Part shown: positions 1 through 11,709 of the stretch, piece after piece
Position numbering within the stretch: position 1 is the stretch's first letter
Layout: the number at the start of each line of letters is the position of its first letter
From: Eledone cirrhosa
Taxonomy: Eukaryota
Assembly: GCA_964016885.1 (NCBI GenBank)
Contig: OZ024745.1
Coordinates: forward strand, 90,148,001-90,212,000
Reading direction: 5' to 3'
DNA: 64,000 nt
Position numbers and translations under genes: made by a program
Notes under the pieces: model-generated
The model's database searches: none
Told to the model about the DNA's origin: nothing
The model's input: only the letters and a program-made list of their open reading frames with translations

Positions 1-300
1 GCTGCTGCTGCTCTTATTACGGCTGCTACTGCTATTATTCATGACGTCAGACGAATGAAGTGGGTTTTCGTATTTCCCGCACAACTTTTTCGTTGTTGTC
101 GTCGTCGTGGTGGAGAAATGTTGCACGCTTTGCACGTGATTTTTCTTTACTGGCGTCGCTTGCGAAAGAGAAGGGAGGGAGAGAGACACATTTAGAGAAG
201 GGAGGGAGAGAGACAATCTTCTCTCTGCTGTAGTGACGATTGAGGAAGAAGAAGACGGAATGAGTGGGAGTGACCTATGAACATTCTTTTTCGTAGTCAT
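1..300 (-). CDS. Possible 5' coding exon of an unidentified gene (Ser/Thr-rich), running off the window edge
   Basis: ATG at 300-298 in an AAAC-ATG context, then 100 stop-free codons (MTTKKNVHRSLPLIPSSSSS...LHSSDVMNNSSSSRNKSSSS). No recognisable domain. Confidence 0.35.
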   Translation of the reverse strand, partial: MTTKKNVHRSLPLIPSSSSSIVTTAERRLSLSLPSLNVSLSLPSLSQATPVKKNHVQSVQHFSTTTTTTTKKLCGKYENPLHSSDVMNNSSSSRNKSSSS

Positions 301-515
301 GTTTTTTTTTTGTTTAAAATAAATATTGGGCACAAAACTCGAATAAGAGATCATTTAACCCCGAAGGGCCAAATAACGGGCAGAAAGGCCCCTCTCACGA
401 GGAGGAGGGTGTTTTTGTCTACAATTTGGTTAAAGTTTTAAACAATTTACAATTGTTATAGCGGTCAAAATTTACAATACCCTACAGAGCCGAGCCTCCG
501 TCAACCATAGCATTC

Positions 516-581
<66 letters not shown>

Positions 582-621
582 AAGAAGAAGAAGAAGAAGA
601 AGAAGATTGATAATAATAATT

Positions 622-797
622 CTTTCTACTTTGGGCACAAGGCCAGCAATTACTCAGTGTATTACTGGTACTTTATTTTATCGACCCCGTAAGGATGAAA
701 GGCAATGTTAACCTCGGCGGGATTTGAAATCAGATCATAAAGGGACGTAACTCTATGCTTCAAAGCATGGTGTCCGACTCTCTACCGATACTGCCAA
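622..797 (-). mobile_element. tRNA-derived SINE (main family), with (TTA)n/(TTC)n tail
   Basis: A-box-like TGGCAGTATCGG, B-box-like GATTTCAAATCC and the conserved GGGTCGATAAAATAAAGTACCAG-like core shared with many copies in the window. Confidence 0.85.
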
Positions 798-1500
798 AAT
801 AATAATAATGATAATATATAATCATAAAATATATATAAACATACTGAGTATTAAATGGACGAATTTCGCTTAACAGAGTCTAGGTGAACATTTAATATCT
901 TTTTGCTGATAATAAGTGATAGATCTCATTGAAAGATCTCGAACAGAGAGTCATTGAGCTAATAATGTGTCTATATATAAATGATATTTAATTGCCTGAT
1001 CTGTTGACAGTGAGAAAACCTCAGCGCCATGTTGACGTCTTCTTAAATTACATTAGTAGAGTCGCTTCTATTGATGAATAGCAGCTTGTCATGACAAACC
1101 TATCAATAAATCATTTATATTACTAAACACTGCCCTCTCCTTTAGCCGTTCACTATAAGTTATATCAATTACGGTTTATATTTCATCTATTTATTTATTC
1201 TGTTCTGGTGATTACAAGAATATTTCACAAAGAGTAATTCAAAGCCAAATATTTCTTCAATATCACCCAATAATTTAATGAATATAAAAATAATAACTTT
1301 AACAAATATATAACACCTTGTTTGTGTTAGAGCCAAAGGAAAAAGACTATTGTAACAGCGATGTATTTGTTTTGTAAGGCTTTTGATATGAAATCGTGTG
1401 TTGAAACAGATATTGATAAGTTCTGCTCCATCGATCTCATTCCCGTTTTTTTCCTTCTCCTCTCTTCTTCTCTCTTCTCTCTCTCTCTCTCTCTCTCTCT

Positions 1501-1655
<155 letters not shown>

Positions 1656-1688
1656 GAAAATAGCAAACTTGACTGTCACCACAGAATA

Positions 1689-1727
1689 TGAACCTGAAGA
1701 TTGCGAAAGCATGAAAGTACTTGTTCA
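1689..1727 (+). ncRNA. Minimal type I hammerhead ribozyme
   Basis: TGAAC-CTGAAGA-TTGC(GAAA)GCAT-GAAA-GTAC-TT-GTTCA: stem I TGAAC/GTTCA, palindromic stem III, CUU triplet. Confidence 0.75.
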
Positions 1728-1824
1728 ATTAACACTTAACATTTAATATTCTACCATACTATTTCTAATACCATTATAAAGGATTGTAAATAAAACGAGT
1801 AAATCAGACAAAGTTTTATTAATA

Positions 1825-1855
<31 letters not shown>

Positions 1856-1857
1856 GA

Positions 1858-2040
1858 ATGATATTAATAAATGGAAACTATATTTATAAAACCATATTTA
1901 TTCTATTATATATATTTCAAGGGTACCAAAACTTTGGTATGCCCTCATCAGATACAGATAAAATACAAAGTTTGTTTTATAAATATTGACATATCAAGAA
2001 GGAGATCTTAACGGTTCAAGTTTTTCCTGGATAGTAAATA
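1858..2040 (-). repeat. Family A HHR-bearing repeat (PLE pseudo-LTR-like); HHR at ~1899-1957
   Basis: Minus strand reads CTGATGA-GGGCATACCAAAGTTTTGGTACCCTT-GAAA-TATATA-TA-ATAG. Copies at ~9140, 9240/9880, 27695, 28265, 41690, 41865. Confidence 0.75.
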
Positions 2041-2122
2041 TATAACGAATGAAGTGTGGTAAGGAACCAGATGAACCATAACGCACCAGAGTATTTAATA
2101 CTTACGGTAGTAGAATGGGTAA

Positions 2123-2232
2123 TAGGGAAGAGTTTAACCCCGACGGCAGAGCTCAAGCCGTTTCGACGGCTATTTCAGTCCAGAAATAGCCGTCGAAACG
2201 GCTTGTGCTCTGCGGTCGGGGTTAAACACTCT

Positions 2233-2236
<4 letters not shown>
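2123..2236. repeat. Near-perfect ~110-bp palindrome (foldback)
   Basis: TTTAACCCCGACGGCAGAGCTCAAGCCGTTTCGACGGCTATTTC-agtcca-GAAATAGCCGTCGAAACGGCTTGTGCTCTGCGGTCGGGGTTAAA. Confidence 0.9.
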
Positions 2237-2281
<45 letters not shown>

Positions 2282-2326
2282 ATATATATATGTATATATA
2301 TATATGTATATATGTATATATATATG

Positions 2327-2548
<222 letters not shown>

Positions 2549-2779
2549 AGAGTGTTTAACCATCTTCGGTTAGCTTTCCCCTGTGTTGTTTACTTGTCTC
2601 ACTCGCTTTACGCGTTTCAATTGTCCTAATAACTTATTTTAGTTATTATCGCACCAACGTGAGGTATATGATTTTTAATGCGATGAAATACCAATGATCG
2701 TTGGCAAATCACTGATGAGGGACTCATTTTATAACATGTTATCCATGTGCAACCATGCAGTATTCTTCTCCCCCATATT

Positions 2780-2865
<86 letters not shown>

Positions 2866-2880
2866 ATGTATGTATATATA

Positions 2881-2911
<31 letters not shown>

Positions 2912-3169
2912 AGATATATAGATATATATATATCCATTACGCGAGCGCTGCATGACCTTACGCAAGCCATTTGCAGATTTTTCTCCCAGTTGCTGGGCCT
3001 CCATTCTATTTTGCCTCTTGCTATACTGTTCTATAATATTTCTAAGTTTAGATCTAGCTATATTAAATTGTGCTTCTGTTTATTCATTGACCTGCGACGG
3101 CAATTGCGTGCGTTTGTTAAAAGCTAAAGTCTCTCGCGTAATGGAGAAATTGCATGCTTTCCAATAGAC

Positions 3170-5730
3170 AAGTCTGGTAGAATGTCGGTTGAGAGTGTGT
3201 CAAACTACATCCAGGCAATGCAACCCCACATCACTAACACAAGAGAAATAACACCACAAGAGCATGAAGATAGGGAGAAAACCCTGAATGCCAGTATGAT
3301 GATGTGGACAAACATAATGCAGCCCAATAAAAGAACTGCCAACAACTTCCAGGCCTGGAACAATGAGGTGCCAGCGTTGTATGGGCTTCGAAAAGACCAT
3401 AAGACGAGCAGTGACCCTGTCACAGGACCACCAACACGGCCAGTCTGTTGAGCTAACATTGCTAGTAACTACAGACTTTCCTACCTCCTCTCCCTTATCA
3501 TACGCCCCATCATTGAAATGTCCCCAGATATATGTGACAGCACGGAGGACCTCCTCAGCAGAATCAGCGAAAATAACCGATCTAGGGACCTAACAGACTG
3601 TATAATAGGTAGTATGGATGTTGTGTCCCTATATCCATCCATTGACGTGGATTTTGGTGTGGAGAAATGCGTAGAAATGATCAGTGAGAGCAATGTTGAA
3701 TTCCGTGGGATTGATACCAGTGAGCTGAGACTCCTACTTAAACTTACCTATAGTAATGATTATCTAGATACATATGACCTTAGCAACCTGTGCCCTACAA
3801 GACCAGCAACAGGCAGACCACCTACCATTACCTCAATGGCCAAGAAAACCCACACAGAAAGATGGAACGGGTGGACCGGAGCCATACGGATGGCCGAAAA
3901 CCACGATGAACTAAAGAGAATGATTGCACATGCGGTGGGGGCCAGTATAAAACTAACCCTTAAGGAACATATGTTCAAATTTAATGGAAAAACATATGCC
4001 CGAGAGGAGGGAGCAGCTATTGCTGTTAGCATTGCAGGCGACATAGCTAACCTATTCATGGTATGGTGGGACAATAAACTTAAACTTAAACTTAAAGAAC
4101 AATTAGAAGACACCAATCTCTTAACCCTGATAATGTACTCCCGCTACGTTGATGATATAAACATCGTAGTAAAAACACCCCCACTAGAGAACAGTTAGGG
4201 ATTAGAGAAAAACACCAATGAAAGCATCCAGCAAATAGCTAACTCCATCCACCAGAGTATTAGTGTTACTATAGACTACCCAAGTAAACACCCCAACCAT
4301 CGATTACCTGTAATAGACACAGAGCTCTGGTTAGAAACCATTAATAAAAAAAACAAATCCTCCATTCCCATTATGCCAAACCCATGACTTCCAAGTATCT
4401 GATCCACCGAAACTCAGCTGTTTCGCATCACACTAAAATTAACATACTGATTGCGGATTTGGTACGAGTGATGAGAAATGTGTCCCGCATGTGCAAACCC
4501 AAAGAACTAGAGAGACACATACAACACTTCATCCACCGTATGCAGTTCTCTGGTTACAATCAGAGAGATAAAATCAGAGTATATAGAGGAGCCAGAACCA
4601 AATGGGAAAAAATGGTAAATAATGATACAAATGGGACCTGCGCCTTGTATAGGAGCAAATTTTGGAATAGAATGGAAAGAACTAGGTATAAGGTTAATAG
4701 AATAAACTCATGGTATGATAGCAATAAATACAAGAGTGTAATGTTCATCAATACAACACCTAGAGGTGAATTAGCTTACAAATTTAGAAGGGCCCTAGAT
4801 AAACTTAAACTTAATATTAATATAGTAGAAAGACCAGGTACCTCCATAAAAACACTTATTAGCAATACATACCCTTTTCAAAGACCTCCCTGTATAGATA
4901 AGAAATGCATAATCTGTAAACTAAGCCCCCATATTAACTGTAAAACTAGAAATGTAGTATATAGCATAAGATGTATTGAAGGATAATGTAAAGATAAGAA
5001 TATAGTGTACATAGGTGAGACAGCTCGTAGTATAGGAGAATGGTTAAATGAACACTGGCGAGAACTTCAAAATAAAAAAGAATCATCAATACTCCACCAA
5101 CATGCTAAAATAGAACATAAGGGCAAATTAGAGAACATAGAAATAAAAATAGAATCTACACACAGAAAAGACGCAATGTTCAGACAAATCACAGAGGCAA
5201 TAAACACAAATGAACTCCAACCAAAATTAAATAGAAAACATGAATGGAATAGCAACATCACAACTTACAATTAAGGACAAAATGAAAACACACACACACA
5301 TAGAACAAACAACCAACCGGTATCATGTAAATAAACAAATAAATAAATAAATAAAATCACACACAGACACCCGGATGTAACACATGCGCAAACTAAGCAC
5401 ACAACACACACAAAAACAAGATGGCGTAGGACAGAACAAAGGAGAGGCACAAAACAAAGAAAAGAATCGCCAGTTACTGAAGAGGTCACAGAATGTGTGA
5501 CGAAAGAAATTTGACAATATGTGAACAAACGTCTGGTTATGGAACCAACCAATCAACCGGAAATTTATAAATTCTTAAATTTATAAATTTAATATATAAT
5601 AAATTGGAGTGAAAGCAATTGGTGCGTGTGTTTCTTATTGGCAACATGACCCTCCCAAAGCATATCAATATCGGTTTCAACACACGTTTTCAGGTAAAGA
5701 ATCTTGTTAAACAAATTCAGAAACGAAATA
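3170..5730 (+). mobile_element. Penelope-like retroelement, degenerate (RT + C-terminal GIY-YIG + pseudo-LTR)
   Basis: Fragments with GSMDVVSLYPSID, YSRYVDDIN, linker CxxxxCxxC, NVVYSIRC...YIGETARS. Several stops and frameshifts. HHR in the 3' repeat. Confidence 0.92.
5473..5515 (+). ncRNA. Minimal hammerhead ribozyme in the PLE 3' pseudo-LTR
   Basis: GTTA-CTGAAGA-G-GTCACA(GAATG)TGTGAC-GAAA-GAAA-TT-TGAC. Loop III is not palindromic and is probably decayed. Confidence 0.65.
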
Positions 5731-5810
5731 TATATATATATATATATATTTATAAATTAATAAAAATAATGAATAAAAACAAAGAAACAGTTCCTTATAT
5801 TAAAATATTC

Positions 5811-5946
5811 ATCATTTTACGATCGTTTCTAGGATATATATGTGTGTTGGTATGTATATCATATAGATCTATGTAAAAATTTTACAAACTATCAGAGGGA
5901 ATATACATACCTACACATATATATGCTGTCTTCAGAAATAATGATA
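5811..5946 (-). ncRNA. Hammerhead ribozyme with ~100-nt stem II (sense copy in the PLE 3' repeat)
   Basis: ATTATTT-CTGAAGA-[~99-nt hairpin]-GAAA-CGATCG-TA-AAATGAT. Confidence 0.65.
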
Positions 5947-8741
5947 TTTGTTTATTGAAAAAACCCAACAAAGATTTAATATAATCGGTCTGTTTGGGAA
6001 CAGGTTTTGAATTGACCAATAGAAAGGTAGTAAGTGGTCAAGATGGTAGAATAGTAGTAATGGAACTTTAATTTAGGGGTAGAGGAAAGCAGACTTCAGT
6101 TTTGAATGGAAAGAGTATTTTTGAATGAAAAGATTACTTTGGGGATGAAAATAGGTCAAGTCGGTAAAAGGTACACGAAAATTTGATGTTATGAAAGAAT
6201 AATGCTAATGTAAAAATCTAAGGAGAATAAAATTTTACGATAAATGTGTTAGTGAAAAATATCAATCTTATTTCAAACATAAGGAATTTACATCTATAAA
6301 AAGAAAATAAATTAATTAAATTGATAGGTATATTTATATTGATAAATTTATATTAATTCATATAGATATGATAAATAAGAGTTAGATGTAATTGAAGAAT
6401 GTCGTTAAAAACGAAGGGAAAATAAAATAAAGAATAATAATAATTGGGGGTGGGGATAAATGTATTATTGAGAAATAACAAATTTATATAGATTATAAGG
6501 AATATAGATTCATAACCTGAAATTAAAATAGTTTATATGTATACTTATTGGTATAAATTTTAGGAAAAGATAGCTATAAAAGGGAAATAATATTATGCAG
6601 TTCATTAGTAGTAGAATATTAATTATAGGTTAACTAATTTTAAAAAAATATTATTATAATAATTTGTAAAGTGTATATTAATTAGGTTTATAATATTTAA
6701 AAGTTCTTCTAATTTTATGATTACATGATATAATTAATTCTTGTCGCTTATTTAATAGGATATCCTTAGATTTCATTATTTCAAAAAGTTCCTGGGCACA
6801 TAATCTACATTCATATCTATTATTTTGATAAGGGGTGGCCCTTTTGAGCACACTCCAGGTCAGGTTATAATCGATATTCTTTTTTCTATAATTATTAATT
6901 ATTTCAGCTAAGGATGTTGTATTAGCTAATGCGGCATTTTTAAAACTGTGTTTGTTGGTATTAAATCTTACTTTAAATTGGTTAGAAGTAGCTCCTATAT
7001 ATGAATAAGTTGAGTCCTTAGTGTTAATTTTACATTTATATACTATGTTATTAATAAGGCAATTTCCTTTTAATGGGCAATTTGCTTTGTTTCTACAATT
7101 ACAACCTTTCGTGAATGTTGTATCAGAGGAGATAGTCAAATTAGGTGTGGAATTTTCTCGACTTGTTGTATGTGAATGAGATGGTGGTTTGCTGTGGTTT
7201 ATTTTAGTATTATGGTTAGTTTGATGTATTGGTGGTATATTCATGGTTTTTTTTTAATATTTATATGCAGTATAGGCACTTATATTTTGTTGTATATTTT
7301 TGGTTGTTGAGTAGGAGAATTTGACCGTTGATCTATTTAAAATTTGATTGTATTTATGGTTTGGCGGGAAGTTTTTCTCTAGAATAGTAAAAAAATTGTT
7401 AGGTATATTATCTTTAATTTGTAGATTAAATGGAGCATTATACCAAGTAACTCGTCTATTACGGTTTCGATGTTGTTTGTTATTTTTATACGATGTATCC
7501 TGATGTTTATTAAGAGAATTAGTATTAGTGATTTTATTACACATATTTTTAGTTAGATTCATTGATTTAGGTGTTTTAGCCTGATTATTAGGAATTTTGT
7601 TATTAACATATATTGGAATATTAGGATGAATGGTTTTTTGAAAGTTATTATATTGTATATTAGAAGAGTTAGAGAAATTAAGTTTTAAGTTGGTATTTTT
7701 GGGTATAGTGTGAGTGGCATTTAGGTGTGTATATTTCATTTGGTGTTTGTTGGTAATACTGGGTTGTATGTTTGTAGTGTTATTGGTACAAGGTATATAT
7801 ACTAATTTGTTTTTGTGGCCGCTTCTAGCTAAAGCTTCGTTATAAAAGGTCTCATTTTTATCGAATACATCCTGGTTAGATGAAAGGTTAGAAATTCTGA
7901 GTGAGATATTATATGCTAGGTTTTTAAGGATAGATTTAGGGTGATTAGATTGTGAGTGTATGTAATGTAAGTTTTGGTTAGGTTTATGGTAAGGTTGGTA
8001 GATACCCGTAGATAAGTCTAATGTTATATCAAGGAAATTAACTACTTTACTTGTGTTTTCAAATGGAATATCGAGACTATTGAGGAAAGTTCTAATAAGT
8101 TTTTTTTATTTTTTTCAATTTCTGATAGGCTAAGGTTAGTGGAAAGAAGAAGACAGTCGTCACGATATAAACCACCTTTAAGGTGGGGAAAAGAAGCATT
8201 TATGTTAAATAGAAGAAAGAGGCCCACAAGATCGGTAATTCGGGCAGATCACTAGAGCCCATAGTAATGTCGAATAGATTACTATATGTATTTCTGGTCC
8301 AGTATTCTTTCTGAAATTCCAGTAGTGTTTGTCTAGCATGCGTGATAATATTAATGTCATCCATAGTTAAGTTTGATCTATTTTTGGCAAATATCAAGGC
8401 TTTGTTCAGGAGTATGGGTGATATAGAGGAATAATAAGCATCTATATCGAATTGTAGAAATGAAGCAGATGAATTATTTCTAATATTAGTAACCCAGTTA
8501 ATTACCTGGGATGTGTTTTCCCAGAGTGGTAAATTAACATGTTTTCTTAATTGTGGGATGACTCTAGCTAAAAAAATGTTACTAATGATGTCAATGTCAG
8601 ATTTGGAAGGGCATATAAGTCTTATAGAAGGATTAGAGTTAAAATTAGATTTGTGATCTTTCAGGTTAAAATGTGGTTTTTTCAGTGCCAAAGGTTCAGT
8701 TCTATCTTCATTATTGAGTTTATTTTCAATAAACAAATATC

Positions 8742-8877
8742 ATTATTTCTGAAGACAGCATATATATATGTGTAGGTATGTATATTCCCTCTGATAGTTT
8801 GTAAAAATTTTACATAGATCTATATGATATACATAACAACACACACATATATATCCTAGAAACGATCGTAAAATGAT
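8742..8877 (+). ncRNA. Hammerhead ribozyme with ~103-nt stem II (inverted copy)
   Basis: CTGAAGA 8749-8755; GAAA 8859-8862; CGATCG palindrome; GUA triplet; stem I ATTATTT/AAATGAT. Confidence 0.65.
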
Positions 8878-9099
8878 TAATCTTTTAATATAAGGAACTG
8901 TTTCTTTGTTTTTATTCATTATTTTTATTAATTTATCTTGACTCTGTTTTCCTGTGTTTTTCATCGAAAAAATGTTGAATACATCTTCTCTTTTCATAAT
9001 ATTTGGATTACATTGAGTTCTTCATACGGATTGGACACTACCGTACATTTTGGTAGATTTATCTACATATATATATTTATATATATATTTTTATATATA

Positions 9100-9133
<34 letters not shown>

Positions 9134-9302
9134 CGATATATTAACAAATGGAAACTATATTTATGAAACCATATTTATTTCATTATACACATTTCAAGGA
9201 CACCAAGTTAAATTATAGTGTGTGTATATATATATATATATTCAATGATATTAAATAAATGGAAACTATATTTATAATGCCATATTTATTCTATTATATA
9301 TA

Positions 9303-9878
9303 CTAGCAGAAAAACCACCCTCGGGTGGTTTTCCGGTAGCATGTGTAGTGTGTATATTGATATTATACGCAGGTATATATACATGTAGATATGATACATC
9401 AAATAAAATTTTAATTGGCAATATACACAGAAATTGAACGAAGACTCCGTTATACTGTCTTATTTAATCAGTAAGGTAATCCATGATTCATTAAAAAAAA
9501 AACGATATTATATATAAACTGCATTAGGAGAACGTTAGTGACAGAAAATTAGTATGTTTATTTAAGCGATCACCACCGGAAGTGTTGACATCACACACTC
9601 TCTCTTTCTATATATATGGTAGTTGAAGTGGTGGTGGTGGCGACGATATACCGGAAGTGCAACTTTGAAAGGAAGTCAATTTTCAATTATTTATTTTTAC
9701 GAAATTATTTTTCGGTCGATAAAATAAAGTACCAGTTATACCCTGGAATAATTGCTGGCCTTGTGCCTAAAGTAGAAACAATTATTAATTAAAAGTAATC
9801 CAACTTATTTTACAAACGGGATAAAAAAAATAATAAACCGTACGTAATCCCGCAGACCTTCCTTTATTATAGTTTAGA
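9303..9878 (-). mobile_element. Non-autonomous Helitron
   Basis: 5'-TC start, 3' hairpin GAAAACCACCC-GA-GGGTGGTTTTTC then CTAG. Inserted between A and T with no TSD. Removing it restores the family A repeat exactly. Confidence 0.88.
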
Positions 9879-10084
9879 TTTCAAGGGTACCAAAACTTTG
9901 GTACGCACTCATCAGATAAAATACAAAGTTTGTTTCATAAATATTGACATAACCAGGAAGAAGAACTTAACGGTTCAAGTTTTTCCTAGAAGGTAAAGGA
10001 AAGAAGGGAAAGAGAAGAAAATTCAAATATTTTAAATTATTAAGAGGAGTATGCAAATGAGGTTGAGGTATAGGGCTGAAAAAA

Positions 10085-11637
10085 AAAGTTAATGACCTTT
10101 GTCTTCTTGCATATGTCTCGCCGACCCCAGAGTCGCCCTTCTAACTTTCCGAAAGCATCACTTGCTTTCCTAATCCTGAGTGGGATTTCATTATCAAGGT
10201 TGCTGTATCGATTGACAGTGCTTCCCAGGTAGACAAACTGATCAACCACTCCAAGTCGTTTACCATACACATAGATATTTGGTTCACTTTACTGCCTACT
10301 AGGGGCCGGTTGGTACATGACGACGGTTTTCTTGAGACTGACAGTAAATCCTAGGGCAGTACAAGCATCATAAACTGCATTCAAAATGTGTTGCATATCA
10401 CTCTCTGTGTGCGCTACAAGATCGCAATCATCTGCATACAAGAGGTCACTTATGATTGATGTAAATACTTTTGTTTTTGCAGCAAAGCGCCTGATGTTAA
10501 ATATGCTCCTGAGGTTCGATATTGGATGTAAACACCATGCTCGCAATTACTAAATTCAATATAGAAAACCATTGCAAAGTATATGGCAAACTGGGTCGGT
10601 GCTGGAATATCCCCATTTCACTCCATTTTTTTACTGAGATAGGCTCCGACATGTTACCTCCGACATTAACCCAAGCCTTCATGTCGTCATGGAAAGACCT
10701 AACTAAAGCAAGGAACTTATCAGGGCAACCAATTTCTGGAGAACCTTCTATAATGCATTTCTGTTAACAGTATCGAAATCTTTTGTCAGATCGACAAAAA
10801 CCTGATACAGATCCAAACCTTCTTCCATGCACTTCTCCTGGAGCTGTCTAGCTGAGATCATATCAGTAGTGCCGCGTCCAGCACGAAAACCAGATTGACT
10901 TTCAGGAAGAATACAATCTGCAATGTGTGTCAGCAGACGGTCCAGAAGAACCCTACATAAAACTTTCTTACTACAGAAAGCAATGATATACCTCTGAAGT
11001 TCCCACAATCATTCCTGTTACCCTTTCCCTGGTACTGCATCTTTCCAGTCCTCAAGTACAGATTCATTAGCCCATATCCTGCCAAAGAAAGAGTGAAGAT
11101 GTTGCAGAAGTCTCTCACCACCATATTGTAGGAGCTCTGCATGTTTACCATCCATACCTGGAGACCTTCCACTGTTCAGCTTCAAGATAGCTACTGCAAC
11201 CTCCACAAGCGTCGGAGGTACTGCTAGAGCTACTTTCACAGGACTTTCTGGAATGAGATTGAGGAAATCTTCATTGACAACAGACGGCTGATTCAAATGT
11301 TCATGAAAGTGCTCTCGCCACCTTCGTAGAATTCCTTGTGAGTCACGAAGAAGTTAGTTGCCATCCTTGCTGCGAAGCGGTGTCACCAGAGAAGAAGACG
11401 GTCCATAAACTTCACGCAAGAGACTGTACAACAGCTTGTTGTTATTGGAATCTGACGCAGCTTGTATCTCATCAGCCTTCTCACTCCACCACTGATCCTT
11501 CATCTGAGAAAGACTCCGCCTAACACGTGATTTCACATCCTTGAGCTCCTTATGCAATATTCCTCTCCTGTGGTTTTGCTGTCAAGTAGCGTGACAGAGC
11601 ACGCCTCTTATCAGCCAACAAATCTTCTATATGTTCA
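10085..11637 (-). mobile_element. RTE-clade (BovB-like) LINE fragment, degenerate
   Basis: PPTLVEV...GRSPGMDG, NFRGISLLS, LPESQSGFRAGRGTTDMI, FVDLTKDFDTVNR, LLYADDCDL, FVYLGS, spread over several frames. Confidence 0.9.
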
Positions 11638-11709
11638 TCATACATACATACATACATACATACATACATACATACATACATACATACATACATACATACA
11701 CACATACAT

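Larger units (their letters stand above)
5760..8935 (-). mobile_element. 5'-truncated Penelope-like element (LYRDD / CNC-CPLxGxC type, tentatively Nematis-like) with inverted terminal pseudo-LTR copies
   Basis: QFDIDAYYSSI, GGLYRDD, CNCRNKANCPLKGNCL, IVYKC...YIGAT, CRLC...H. 5760-5962 and ~8723-8935 are near-identical inverted repeats, typical of PLE insertions. Confidence 0.93.

Noticed and set aside
1230-1300. [13 protein letters not shown] peptide resembling the next HSPA12 exon
   Set aside because: Spacing and flanking residues do not fit, and there are no convincing splice sites.
2590-2730. Isolated CTGATGAG (+) and GAAACGCGTA (-) hammerhead half-motifs
   Set aside because: They lie on opposite strands and no complete three-stem fold can be drawn.
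3449-3451. In-frame TGA in the PLE RT as possible selenocysteine (as in Naiad PLEs)
   Set aside because: The element has TAG/TAA stops and frameshifts too, and its endonuclease is C-terminal, unlike Naiads. Simple decay is more likely.
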